Below are positions 1 through 8,294 of a DNA stretch of 64,000 nt, in pieces (positions within the stretch are counted from its first letter, which is position 1; each line of letters starts with the position of its first letter). Below the pieces are notes generated by a model, which worked only from the letters and a program-made list of their open reading frames with translations, made no database searches and was not told the origin of the DNA. Origin of the DNA: a virus; the IMG/VR virus record IMGVR_UViG_3300045988_183322. One strand, written 5' to 3'. The position numbers and the translations under genes were made by a program.

Positions 1-243
1 GTCATTGATACATCATATACAGGGGAAATTTTGTGTAGATTCAGATATAATTATTCTCCGAAAGATTTTAAAATATTCAATGATAGATTCTATTTCATGA
101 TTGATGAAGATAAAATTTATCATGCGGGAGATAAAATTGCTCAACTTGTCTTCATAGAGAAAACAAATGTTGATTTTAAGCTAGTTGATGAATTATCTTT
201 GACTTCTCGAAATGATGGAGGATTTGGCTCTACTGGAAAATAA
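1..243 (+). CDS. dut: dUTPase, 5'-truncated at window edge (frame is open from base 1)
   Basis: Conserved dUTPase motifs: IDTSYTGEI (motif 3), KIAQL (motif 4), RNDGGFGSTGK (motif 5). Confidence 0.75.
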   Translation, partial: VIDTSYTGEILCRFRYNYSPKDFKIFNDRFYFMIDEDKIYHAGDKIAQLVFIEKTNVDFKLVDELSLTSRNDGGFGSTGK

Positions 244-277
244 TTTATGAAAGGTCTTAAATACCTAAGTTAAGTAT

Positions 278-862
278 ATGAAACCCAAAGGCATTTTACT
301 TATATCTGGAAACGCTACTTCTGGAAAAGATACATTTTTTCGCGGATTAAGATTGATTTTTGGTAAATCTGTAGAACGTTTTGCCTTCGCAGATTCTTTA
401 AAAAACGACACAGATATCCTAGCGGAGCGTATTTTTAATAAAAAGATAATTTTATTATCAAAAGAAGAAAAAGAGATATTTAGGCCAATTCTTGTCGATT
501 ATGGTAATATTATGAGGAAAGTTAATCCTCTGCATTGGGTTAAAGAAGTAAATAAGTCAATACAATTAAGTAATGATGATTTTGATTATGTTGTTATTAC
601 TGATTGCCGATATGAAAATGAATTAGTTTTTTTTCAGGAAAACTACTCTTGCCCCGTTAAATTGTTGTATCTTGAACGATATGATTGCTTGGGAAATACT
701 ATTCCACCAGCAAATGAAATAGAAAAAGAAAATAACATTAAATTAAAAACTATAGCCGACTTCTTTTTCTCTTGGATTACTATTGGGGAAAATAATGAAA
801 TTATGAAAACTTTAGTAAAAGATTATGTCAAGTTCAATATGCAAAACTTTTTTAAGCCATAA
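278..862 (+). CDS. P-loop kinase resembling phage deoxynucleoside monophosphate kinase (T4 gp1-like)
   Basis: N-terminal ILLISGNATSGKDTF P-loop plus FADSLKN and VVITDCRYENE blocks mirror T4 dNMP kinase LIFLSGVKRSGKDTT / LAGPIKDA / YIVPDTRQDHE. Confidence 0.5.
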   Translation: MKPKGILLISGNATSGKDTFFRGLRLIFGKSVERFAFADSLKNDTDILAERIFNKKIILLSKEEKEIFRPILVDYGNIMRKVNPLHWVKEVNKSIQLSNDDFDYVVITDCRYENELVFFQENYSCPVKLLYLERYDCLGNTIPPANEIEKENNIKLKTIADFFFSWITIGENNEIMKTLVKDYVKFNMQNFFKP

Positions 863-1475
863 AGAAATAAATTCGCTTGTTCTCAAACTCAAAAATGAGT
901 TTGATGAAAAAAAATTTAATATTATTGTAGAAAATACAAAAAGAATTTATTTTAAGAGAATAGAATCTTACTTTAGATGCAAAAATTTTCTTTCAGAATT
1001 AGAAAAAGATAACCTGAAAGATGAGTATAAATCATTCATATATAACGCAATATATACATATGATTCTTCAAAAATGACCAGTTTTACAACTTATCTTCAT
1101 AATCTAACAAATTATACGCTATATACATTATATACTGTTGAGTTCAAAGAGGAAAGAAAAAAAAACGCAGAATGGTCTATTGCCTATGAAGGAAAAATAA
1201 ATGATGGGGATAATTTGTTAAATCAACTCTATAAAAAAGAAGAGTATTTCTTTGTCAAAGAAATTTTGAAAAACTGTTTAGATAAGTTTCATGACAAAAG
1301 AATAAAAAAAATACTTGACATACGATTTAATACATACGAGCATAAAAACGCTCCTTGGAAGGAAGTGTCTGAGAAAATTGGTTGTTCTAAACAATACTGT
1401 CATTTCCTCTTAGAGCAATTTTTTAATCGGCTAAGAATTGAACTTAAAAAATATTCATATGTCAGCACTAAATAA
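825..1475 (+). CDS. sigma-70 family sigma-factor-like protein (possible phage transcription factor)
   Basis: MTSFTTYLHNLTNYTLY resembles sigma region 2 (FSTYA...). C-terminal KRIKKILDIRF...WKEVSEKIGCSKQYCHFLLEQFFNRLR resembles the region-4 HTH. Overlaps the upstream ORF by 38 nt. Confidence 0.4.
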   Translation: MSSSICKTFLSHKEINSLVLKLKNEFDEKKFNIIVENTKRIYFKRIESYFRCKNFLSELEKDNLKDEYKSFIYNAIYTYDSSKMTSFTTYLHNLTNYTLYTLYTVEFKEERKKNAEWSIAYEGKINDGDNLLNQLYKKEEYFFVKEILKNCLDKFHDKRIKKILDIRFNTYEHKNAPWKEVSEKIGCSKQYCHFLLEQFFNRLRIELKKYSYVSTK

Positions 1476-1956
1476 CGTATCTATTCAAGGTAGACTTTCC
1501 TGTGACCCTGAACTTCGCTATACGCAAAATGGAAAAGCGTATTGTTCTATCTCAATATTTCTTGAAAACTCATACCCAACAAAAGATAATACTGGCGGAT
1601 TCATCGATGTCATTTCTTTTGAACAAAAAGCAGAGTTTCTTGCAAAATATTTTTCTAAAGGAGATGCTATTTTAATTTGTGGTAGCCTTAAGCATGATTC
1701 TTGGATAGATAAAGAAAGTAATAAATCCAGAAGCAAGTGGAGTATTGTTGCAAATAGCATCCATTTTTGTGGAAAGCGAATGACAGAACAAGATAATAGG
1801 GAAGATTCTAACCCACAAGAACAATCTAATAGAAAGCAGAATAATTATCAACAGCCTCAATATAAACAACAATCTCAACAATATTCTTATAAGAGAAAAG
1901 AAGAAAACCCTCCAGCTTGGGATGATAATAGATTTGATGACGAAATTCCGTTTTAA
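1459..1956 (+). CDS. ssb: single-stranded DNA-binding protein
   Basis: OB-fold N-terminus MSALNNVSIQGRLSCDPELRYTQNG, Q/N/Y-rich linker and acidic C-terminal tail DDEIPF typical of SSB. ORF track starts at 1438; the MSALNN start at 1459 looks more SSB-like. Confidence 0.85.
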   Translation: MSALNNVSIQGRLSCDPELRYTQNGKAYCSISIFLENSYPTKDNTGGFIDVISFEQKAEFLAKYFSKGDAILICGSLKHDSWIDKESNKSRSKWSIVANSIHFCGKRMTEQDNREDSNPQEQSNRKQNNYQQPQYKQQSQQYSYKRKEENPPAWDDNRFDDEIPF

Positions 1957-1986
1957 AATGTAATAAATGGACGCAGAGAGAAATCT

Positions 1987-2331
1987 TTGCGTCTTTTTAA
2001 TTCTAGCAAAATGAAGCATTTAGATATAATTGAAAAAAAAGAAAATAAACTTCAGTTTTTTTCTACAGGAGAAATAAGATATATTGGTCAAATTTTAAGT
2101 CATAATTCCGACCATAATGGATATGAATATACAAAAATCTGGATGGGTGACTTAGAGAAAGAGAAAATAAATGTAAAAGTTTCAGAGAATGGATTGATAT
2201 TTATTAAGTTCAATGTAGAAGATTCTGATTTATTGAAGAATATAGAAGTAAAACATGAAAAATGTTCTTTAGATAAATCCGAAGCTGTTTTATATGCTGG
2301 CGTTTTGACTATATTAACTAAATTTAAGTGA
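1987..2331 (+). CDS. hypothetical protein
   Basis: ORF in co-oriented early/replication block; no recognisable motif. Confidence 0.35.
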   Translation: MRLFNSSKMKHLDIIEKKENKLQFFSTGEIRYIGQILSHNSDHNGYEYTKIWMGDLEKEKINVKVSENGLIFIKFNVEDSDLLKNIEVKHEKCSLDKSEAVLYAGVLTILTKFK

Positions 2332-2681
2332 TGCCAAATTATCTTTTTCGCAAAGAAGATGGGAGTATTATAGAACTTTTTTTTTCAATGAAAGAAGCTC
2401 CAAGAATAGGAGAAAGAATAATTCTTGATGATTTCACAAAGGCTATTAGATTAGCTTCTATACCTTCATTCAAACAAGGTCTCCCCAATGATATTTATGA
2501 TATTGATAAACTAGCTCAATTTTCTACCCCTCATGAGACAATAGGAGATACTATGGAAAGAAGCAGGGAACTTTCTCATAAAAGAGCAGAAGAAAATGGT
2601 GGTATCGACCCAATAAAAAGAAAGTTTTTTGATAATTATTCAAAAGAAAGAAAAGGGAAGAAACATCCTAAAGATGTTTAA
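2328..2681 (+). CDS. hypothetical protein
   Basis: ORF with ATGA start/stop overlap with the previous gene. Confidence 0.35.
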   Translation: MMPNYLFRKEDGSIIELFFSMKEAPRIGERIILDDFTKAIRLASIPSFKQGLPNDIYDIDKLAQFSTPHETIGDTMERSRELSHKRAEENGGIDPIKRKFFDNYSKERKGKKHPKDV

Positions 2682-2710
2682 TGATTTACTTCTTTCTAAG
2701 AAGTAATCGG

Positions 2711-2733
2711 AGTTAAGTATATAGGACCCATAA
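2711..2733. repeat. degenerate copy (20/23) of the 23-26-bp cassette repeat, direct orientation
   Basis: agttaagtatataggacccataa vs acttaagtatataggttccataa at 7548-7570; contains its own gtatat...atatac mini-palindrome. Confidence 0.5.
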
Positions 2734-2750
2734 TATACCTGTAAAGCACC

Positions 2751-2912
2751 ATGAATACAAATAACATAATGTTAAGTACAGATGAAGAAATTCGTCCCGA
2801 AGGGAAAGAAGCATTAAATCGTCTTTATAAAAATAATAAAAATCTTTCTCTGGATGATAAGATAAATATGGAACCTATATACTTAAGTAGCCTTGTCGGT
2901 AAAAGACAGTAG
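2751..2912 (+). CDS. small ORF (53 aa) flanked by inverted repeat copies; coding status uncertain
   Basis: ATG at 2751; MNTNNIMLSTDEEIRPEGKEALNRLYKNNKNLSLDDKINMEPIYLSSLVGKRQ; below the ORF-track cutoff. Confidence 0.2.
   Translation: MNTNNIMLSTDEEIRPEGKEALNRLYKNNKNLSLDDKINMEPIYLSSLVGKRQ
2867..2892. repeat. left copy of perfect 26-bp inverted repeat (tatggaacctatatacttaagtagcc)
   Basis: Exact reverse complement of 7546-7571 (ggctacttaagtatataggttccata). Confidence 0.75.
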
Positions 2913-2925
2913 AATAGAGCAATGA

Positions 2926-3861
2926 TTATTTTTTCGTTTCTTCTTCCGTAGAATTTTCTAACAGTCTAATTTGAGAATACTCAATTATCTCTGGAAGATA
3001 AGGCAATGCTTTTTTGTCTTTTTTATCAAAATAACTTATCATCTTTTCCGGAATCCAGACTGTATAAAAATGTTTTCTAAAGTCCGCTAAAAGTCTATTA
3101 GGATAAAGCTTGGCCCGTACAACTCTTCCGTCCTCATAGCGATGATTATAAGTAGGAAAATCATTAGGCTCTTCACCATTTTGACGTAGCCAACGACAAA
3201 ACATTTTGCCTTGAGAAATATCGGGTACAAGATTTTCAGGAAGCTCATAACCTTTGTCTTCTAAGGGAGCAATCAAATTGAATGTAAGTTCGTTCAGTAT
3301 AGAGAAATGCGTCGGAGGTATTTCAGAACGGTTAGCTAAATAACGCCTCAAATGGTAAGGTAATTCTGCTTTTCCTTTTATACTTCCTGTCATCCATTCA
3401 CGAACCCATCTTGAAACTGCAACGGCGAATTTCGGAGAACACCATTGAGCTAGATGAATTGCTACGTCAGGATGAACCCATGTACCTTGTTGCCACTTGT
3501 TTCCTGCCTGTTTTTGAATGATAAGGGTCGTTACGGGAATTCCCGTAACGATAACCAACTCGTTAAGAAACTCTTTTGTATATTTAAGCCTAGAATAGTC
3601 ATTAAACTTTTTCCCTACGGCCTGACACATTGCGGTAGCATTAACGTATCCATCTGCCATTCTTTGGGGAATCAAGTCACCGTCTACTTCATGGGGGATA
3701 ATACGTAAATCGAGTAGGCTTTGGCCGTTTTCTTCCTGTAGTATTTTTCTTGTACGACCAATTTGTTCTTTTTCAGAACTTACAGAATCAGTAATCTTTT
3801 TTGTTACGTCATCAAAACTCGCCTCAATAGGCTGAATCTCTTCCTTATTTTTACGTGCCAT
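2926..3861 (-). CDS. KilA-N domain protein (Bro/KilA-like)
   Basis: N-terminal block DGYVNATAMCQAVGKKFNDYSRLKYTKEFLNEL...GTWVHPDVAIHLAQWCSPKFAVAVSRWVREW is a typical KilA-N/APSES DNA-binding domain; about 40% GC. Confidence 0.7.
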   Translation of the reverse strand: MARKNKEEIQPIEASFDDVTKKITDSVSSEKEQIGRTRKILQEENGQSLLDLRIIPHEVDGDLIPQRMADGYVNATAMCQAVGKKFNDYSRLKYTKEFLNELVIVTGIPVTTLIIQKQAGNKWQQGTWVHPDVAIHLAQWCSPKFAVAVSRWVREWMTGSIKGKAELPYHLRRYLANRSEIPPTHFSILNELTFNLIAPLEDKGYELPENLVPDISQGKMFCRWLRQNGEEPNDFPTYNHRYEDGRVVRAKLYPNRLLADFRKHFYTVWIPEKMISYFDKKDKKALPYLPEIIEYSQIRLLENSTEEETKK

Positions 3862-4870
3862 AATTTATTAATCGGTCAATTCTTTATAGGAAATATGCTT
3901 TCCATACATCATTTCGAAGGTTCTGTCAATGAAATTCATTGTTTCCCAAGACGCTGTATTATGTCTGAAAGCGAATTCTTGAATGTAGCGTTCAAGATGC
4001 TTGGAACTCATAAAATGATAAATGCCGTAATATCCTCGCTTTAGTAAAGCCCAAAAGCTTTCTATGCCGTTAGTATAGGCTTTCTGGTTAACATATTCAC
4101 CTACGGAATGGTTTACGGATAAATGATTGTATTTGTTTAAGCCTCGATAGGATTTGAAATCATCAGTATAGACGGTGGCCCCTACTACAACGTTATCTTC
4201 AATGAAACCATGAAGAGTTTTGGCAGTTACGTCCGGGGCATGCTTAACAACAACTTCTCCATTTCGTTGTTTGATACCAATAACAACCGCTTTCCCAACA
4301 CTGCCCCTGCCTTGCCTAAGTTTCTTCTTAGAATGCTTGTTGCTTTCCTTACCGCCAATGAAAGTTTCATCTACTTCCACTTCTCCATCAAGCTTATCGG
4401 AATCAGAAGATTCCTCGGTTTGTTTATTTAGCCATGCCTCCCTGATTCTCTGTGCCAAAAACCATGCTGATTTTTGCGTGATGCCAAGTTCTTTTGCCAT
4501 TTGAGTAGAAGGAATACCTTTCCGAGAGGAAGTCATCATGTAAATAGCGAGAAGCCATTTCTTAAGAGGAAGCCGCGATTCTTCTAAAACTGTTCCAGTT
4601 CTAACAGAGAAATGTTTTCGGCATTCTTTGCATCTATAAGGCATCGGCTTATGATTTTTGCATTCGGAAACTTTATGGCTTCCACAATGAGGACAGACAA
4701 TTGAGCCATTCCATCTTTTCTTTTCCAAGTAAAGACGGGCGGCTTCTTCATCTGGAAACTTCTGAAAGAAATCGTAGATGCTGACTATCTTCATGATGTT
4801 TACCTCCTTGTTTATCCAAAGAATAGCATAATATCATGGGTAGTCAAGTATTTTTTGGCTAGTTAAGTTC
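3862..4870 (-). mobile_element. IS1595-family (ISXO2-like) insertion sequence; termini not resolved
   Basis: Single transposase ORF. A partial copy of the cassette repeat (ggctagttaagt, 4857-4868) lies in its upstream region. The KilA-N ATG is only 6 nt after the transposase stop, so the right end is ambiguous. Confidence 0.5.
3868..4794 (-). CDS. IS1595-family transposase (ISXO2-like, DDE with N-terminal zinc ribbon)
   Basis: CPHCGSHKV...YRCKECRKHFSVRTGTVLEESRLPLKKWLLAIYMMTSSRKGIPSTQMAKELGITQKSAWFLAQRIREA is the hallmark ISXO2/IS1595 N-terminus; the downstream DDE region is conserved. Confidence 0.85.
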   Translation of the reverse strand: MKIVSIYDFFQKFPDEEAARLYLEKKRWNGSIVCPHCGSHKVSECKNHKPMPYRCKECRKHFSVRTGTVLEESRLPLKKWLLAIYMMTSSRKGIPSTQMAKELGITQKSAWFLAQRIREAWLNKQTEESSDSDKLDGEVEVDETFIGGKESNKHSKKKLRQGRGSVGKAVVIGIKQRNGEVVVKHAPDVTAKTLHGFIEDNVVVGATVYTDDFKSYRGLNKYNHLSVNHSVGEYVNQKAYTNGIESFWALLKRGYYGIYHFMSSKHLERYIQEFAFRHNTASWETMNFIDRTFEMMYGKHISYKELTD

Positions 4871-4908
4871 TCAATGTATTTCTTCATCTAAAGTAAGATA
4901 AAGAAAGG

Positions 4909-5841
4909 TTATTTTCCTTGACGTAATTTTCTGACTTCATTGACCTTCTGTTTGCTGAGAGGCCGACTTTCCAAAGAGAGATTAGCCATGAAGCCTTCCC
5001 AATAGTGGGTAAACTCTCTTGTATATCGGAAATCCACCCTTTTTGCCTCGTTCTTAAGTGTCGCTTCCCCCTTGAAGCAGTTAATATTCTTTTTGTCATT
5101 CACGACTTTCAGAGGGGTATCAGGAAGCAACATTTTCGTAATTACCAAAGCTTCTTCCTTGCTAATGCAAAACTCTTTTACTCCCTTGCGAATCTCAAGT
5201 CTGAAGCAAATATTCGATTTCGGAGTGAACAGGGCTTCTACCTTAAAAAATTCCCAGTCATCATTGCCCCAATGAAGCTTTGTAAGTCCTTCCTCTGTCT
5301 TGGATTTTTTCCCTCCCGGAAATTGAGCTTCTATTTTTTCGAGAGTCTCGCCTAATAGAGGAGAAGCCGGGAGTTTGATATCTTTTTCCGTGATGGTTTT
5401 CCCTATTTGCTGGGTTTTCAATAGAAGGTCATTATCTTTGACGGTAACTTTTTTCTCTTTTACAGAATAGTAGGTCTCAATGAACTTCGATTGATTTCTA
5501 GAACGCCCCTTGAACCCGTCGTCTTTCAATGAATATTGGAATTTGAAATCACCAGCAATATGCTCCTTTAGTAGATTCAAAGCTCCCGCTCTATTAGAAC
5601 AGTTGAAGAACTCCATTTTGAAGCATTTGTTCTGGAAGGTGAAATAGGCCTTTAGTTCCACTCCTTCCTTTTTCCATGTGAGGGTTTTGAAATCATGAGT
5701 GCCTCCGGCTTTTCCTTCCTTCCCTTCTCCCCACTTCTCATTCATTTTCTCAGGGGAATCTCCCAAATCGGCCTTAGCAGAAGGAAAAGCTGATAACAAA
5801 AGAGTTATCAAAATTGCGATATGATATGTTATTTTTTTCAT
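4909..5841 (-). CDS. secreted protein of unknown function (signal peptide, no lipobox Cys)
   Basis: N-terminus MKKITYHIAILITLLLSAFPSAKA reads as a signal peptide; Lys-rich mature part; about 40% GC. Confidence 0.5.
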   Translation of the reverse strand: MKKITYHIAILITLLLSAFPSAKADLGDSPEKMNEKWGEGKEGKAGGTHDFKTLTWKKEGVELKAYFTFQNKCFKMEFFNCSNRAGALNLLKEHIAGDFKFQYSLKDDGFKGRSRNQSKFIETYYSVKEKKVTVKDNDLLLKTQQIGKTITEKDIKLPASPLLGETLEKIEAQFPGGKKSKTEEGLTKLHWGNDDWEFFKVEALFTPKSNICFRLEIRKGVKEFCISKEEALVITKMLLPDTPLKVVNDKKNINCFKGEATLKNEAKRVDFRYTREFTHYWEGFMANLSLESRPLSKQKVNEVRKLRQGK

Positions 5842-5926
5842 GCGTATAGCGGAGTTGTTTCTTTCGAATAAAAAACGCCCCTTCTTCCAAAATCAGAAAA
5901 AGGGACGTTCAGTCATGCTTTGAGAA

Positions 5927-6565
5927 TTAAAAATCCCAGCTAAATCCTGCCTCAATGGCATGCCATACAAGAGCATTTGAACCCGCAATCATACACTCGT
6001 ACCCTAGCACGAATTTTACATGTTCGCTGATTGCAAAATTGAATCCTGCATTAGCAGTAAACATTCCCACAATCTGGCTTACCTTCGCTCCTTTGGTCAA
6101 ATTAAAGCTTCCCCGGCTCTCTATACTCGTAAAGGCTATGCCTCCTTTCACGCCAAGATAGAAAGAAGCGGCGTCAGACATGGGAAGGTAGAGAGTATAT
6201 CCACCCAAAACAGGAATCAGTTTTCTCTTCTGATGAAGGGTTCCATAGTAGGTAGCTTCAAAATTATCACTCCCTGTCATATAACCTGACATTAATGAAA
6301 ATTGATGAATAACAGATTCAGTAGCTACGTTTTGATGAATGTCCAAGAGAGCACCCGCTAAGTTCGGTTGGTACAATTCAGAAGTCCAAGCATAAACCCC
6401 TTTTACTCCTATACCAAAACCGGATTGTTCGTAAGCTTGACTGTAAGACCTCGATTTCTTCTGAGAACTACCAGCCCAATAGTATTCCCAAGGATTATCA
6501 TAAGCGTGTGCGGTACATGAGAGGCCCAGAAGCCCCAAACTGGCTATGATGGTTTTCGTGTTCAT
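5927..6565 (-). CDS. small outer-membrane beta-barrel protein (Lom/Ail/OmpX-like moron)
   Basis: Signal peptide MNTKTIIASLGLLGLSCTAHA, alternating amphipathic strands, C-terminal GFSWDF with terminal Phe typical of OMP barrels; 212 aa; about 42% GC. Confidence 0.6.
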   Translation of the reverse strand: MNTKTIIASLGLLGLSCTAHAYDNPWEYYWAGSSQKKSRSYSQAYEQSGFGIGVKGVYAWTSELYQPNLAGALLDIHQNVATESVIHQFSLMSGYMTGSDNFEATYYGTLHQKRKLIPVLGGYTLYLPMSDAASFYLGVKGGIAFTSIESRGSFNLTKGAKVSQIVGMFTANAGFNFAISEHVKFVLGYECMIAGSNALVWHAIEAGFSWDF

Positions 6566-6720
6566 GATGTTTTTAGGTCAATATGTTCTCTGAATACGGC
6601 CTCACAATAGAAGAATCCATATCTTCATTGAAGGCTAATGTCATTCATTGTGGTTAAATTAGACATTCATTGAGCGATTGTCAATCATGCTATGCTCAAA
6701 ATCTTTGATTCATCATCACA

Positions 6721-7095
6721 ATGAGCAAAGTTCCTTACATGGAAGAACCTCTTGTGAATATTTTAGAGTTAGGACGTTGGATGACGGAAAATCAGATAAG
6801 CCGAGCAACATTGGCTTCGGCTATTGGCATGAACAGAAGTGCCATTGATAACTATTTTGTCCGTAAAAAGCTTCCTAGGCACGCTCAAATCCTCATTAAA
6901 AGATTCATGGACGGTCAGGAAGCCGTCTTTGCCTCAAATGAGATAACTTCCCTCATTACTATCCCTCTTAGCAACCGAGTAATTAATCTTGCCATGAAAG
7001 CCGCCGTTGAAAAAAACGTCACGATGGAAGAGTTTGTGGGGTGGGCTGTTGAAAGGACGGCAAAGAAAATTGTGGAGGGAAGCGGGTGTAATTAG
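6721..7095 (+). CDS. two-domain transcriptional regulator: N-terminal HTH plus C-terminal ribbon-helix-helix (Arc/CopG-like)
   Basis: HTH LASAIGMNRSAIDNYF. RHH fold ITIPLSNRVINLAMKAAVEKNVTMEEFVGWAVERTAKKI (beta strand plus two helices). Paralog of 51807-52271. Confidence 0.55.
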   Translation: MSKVPYMEEPLVNILELGRWMTENQISRATLASAIGMNRSAIDNYFVRKKLPRHAQILIKRFMDGQEAVFASNEITSLITIPLSNRVINLAMKAAVEKNVTMEEFVGWAVERTAKKIVEGSGCN

Positions 7096-7175
7096 AAAGA
7101 AAGGGGGGCTAATTTCTATGTCTGCAGTTAAGCTTTTTAGATTGAATCACTCTAAAAGCTAGTATAGAAGAACGC

Positions 7176-7451
7176 ATGACTATTACTGCGGCGTTTATGC
7201 AAAAACAAGGGATAAATTTCGTAGTTATCCCTGTTAAATATAGGGCGATGGATACTCCTGAAAAAGCAAAAAGAACTATTGAGGGATTTCGTTCAGCGAT
7301 AGCAAATTTTTCAGAGCTTCCTCTGATTTTAGCCACTCAGAATTCACATGGAGACTCTGTATATTGGGGAGAACCGCGCGTGGTAAGGATGCTTCGGAAC
7401 ATGTCTGTTTCTGAATTTTCTTGGAAGGAGTACAAACTCGAACGTAGATAA
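7176..7451 (+). CDS. hypothetical protein
   Basis: ORF only. Confidence 0.25.
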   Translation: MTITAAFMQKQGINFVVIPVKYRAMDTPEKAKRTIEGFRSAIANFSELPLILATQNSHGDSVYWGEPRVVRMLRNMSVSEFSWKEYKLERR

Positions 7452-7545
7452 AATCATCTTCTTTACATTCAACCATAGCAATTCCCAAATCTTTATCTCC
7501 ATCTATATTACACCAAAAGGTGCATAAGCATATCTCATGATGCGC

Positions 7546-7571
7546 GGCTACTTAAGTATATAGGTTCCATA
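7546..7571. repeat. right copy of perfect 26-bp inverted repeat; itself part of a 10-bp-stem hairpin (7551-7582)
   Basis: ggctacttaagtatataggttccata; cttaagtatat...atatacttaa flanks the aggttccataa loop. Confidence 0.75.
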
Positions 7572-7742
7572 AATATACTTAAAGAACGTCTTTATTCTGA
7601 CTTTACTTATTGTTTCTTTGATGGAGATGCGTCATTAACACCTGATAAAGCGAAAGAGAGAATTGTCGCAAATTTAGAATTTGATTATTTAGTTAAAGAA
7701 GGATTGGCAGCAGTTGTAGAATTATAATAAGATGCCTTTAGT

Positions 7743-8237
7743 ATGCAATCTATCATGTCCAATAATGCGTATAGAACTTATGTTGAAGTTATGAAGGACG
7801 CACCAAAGAATGCGTATTTTTATAATGATTCTACAGACGATGCAAAAATTGTTTTAGCTCAATTCATCAATGCGGCCACATTTTCTGTTCGTATTTTTGC
7901 TCGAAGCTTGAACCATGAAATTTATGCTGATAAGGGTGTATTTTTAGCTATTAAACGCGCTCTCAAAAAAGGCGTCCGTTTTACAGTAATGATTCAGGCT
8001 GAACAAGCAGATGCATTAAGTTCTAAGCTCATTAATTTATTTTGTAAGTTTAAGGACTCGGTTGATTATCAAACAAAAAAGGGAGTAGGTTTATCCGCTA
8101 ATGTTTGTACTGTCGATGACAGAATGTTTCGATATGAGTATGCTCCTGATAAACGCAAAGCTAAAGCTTCTTGGAATGATAGAGATACAGTAAAGAAACT
8201 CAATCTTGCCTTGGATAATATTAAGCAAGCTATTTAA
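7743..8237 (+). CDS. hypothetical protein
   Basis: 164-aa ORF, no recognised motif. Confidence 0.4.
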   Translation: MQSIMSNNAYRTYVEVMKDAPKNAYFYNDSTDDAKIVLAQFINAATFSVRIFARSLNHEIYADKGVFLAIKRALKKGVRFTVMIQAEQADALSSKLINLFCKFKDSVDYQTKKGVGLSANVCTVDDRMFRYEYAPDKRKAKASWNDRDTVKKLNLALDNIKQAI

Positions 8238-8294
8238 TATCATAAATAACCCGGATTCTTCCATTCATCATCCTGATAGGAGAAAATTGCCCGC

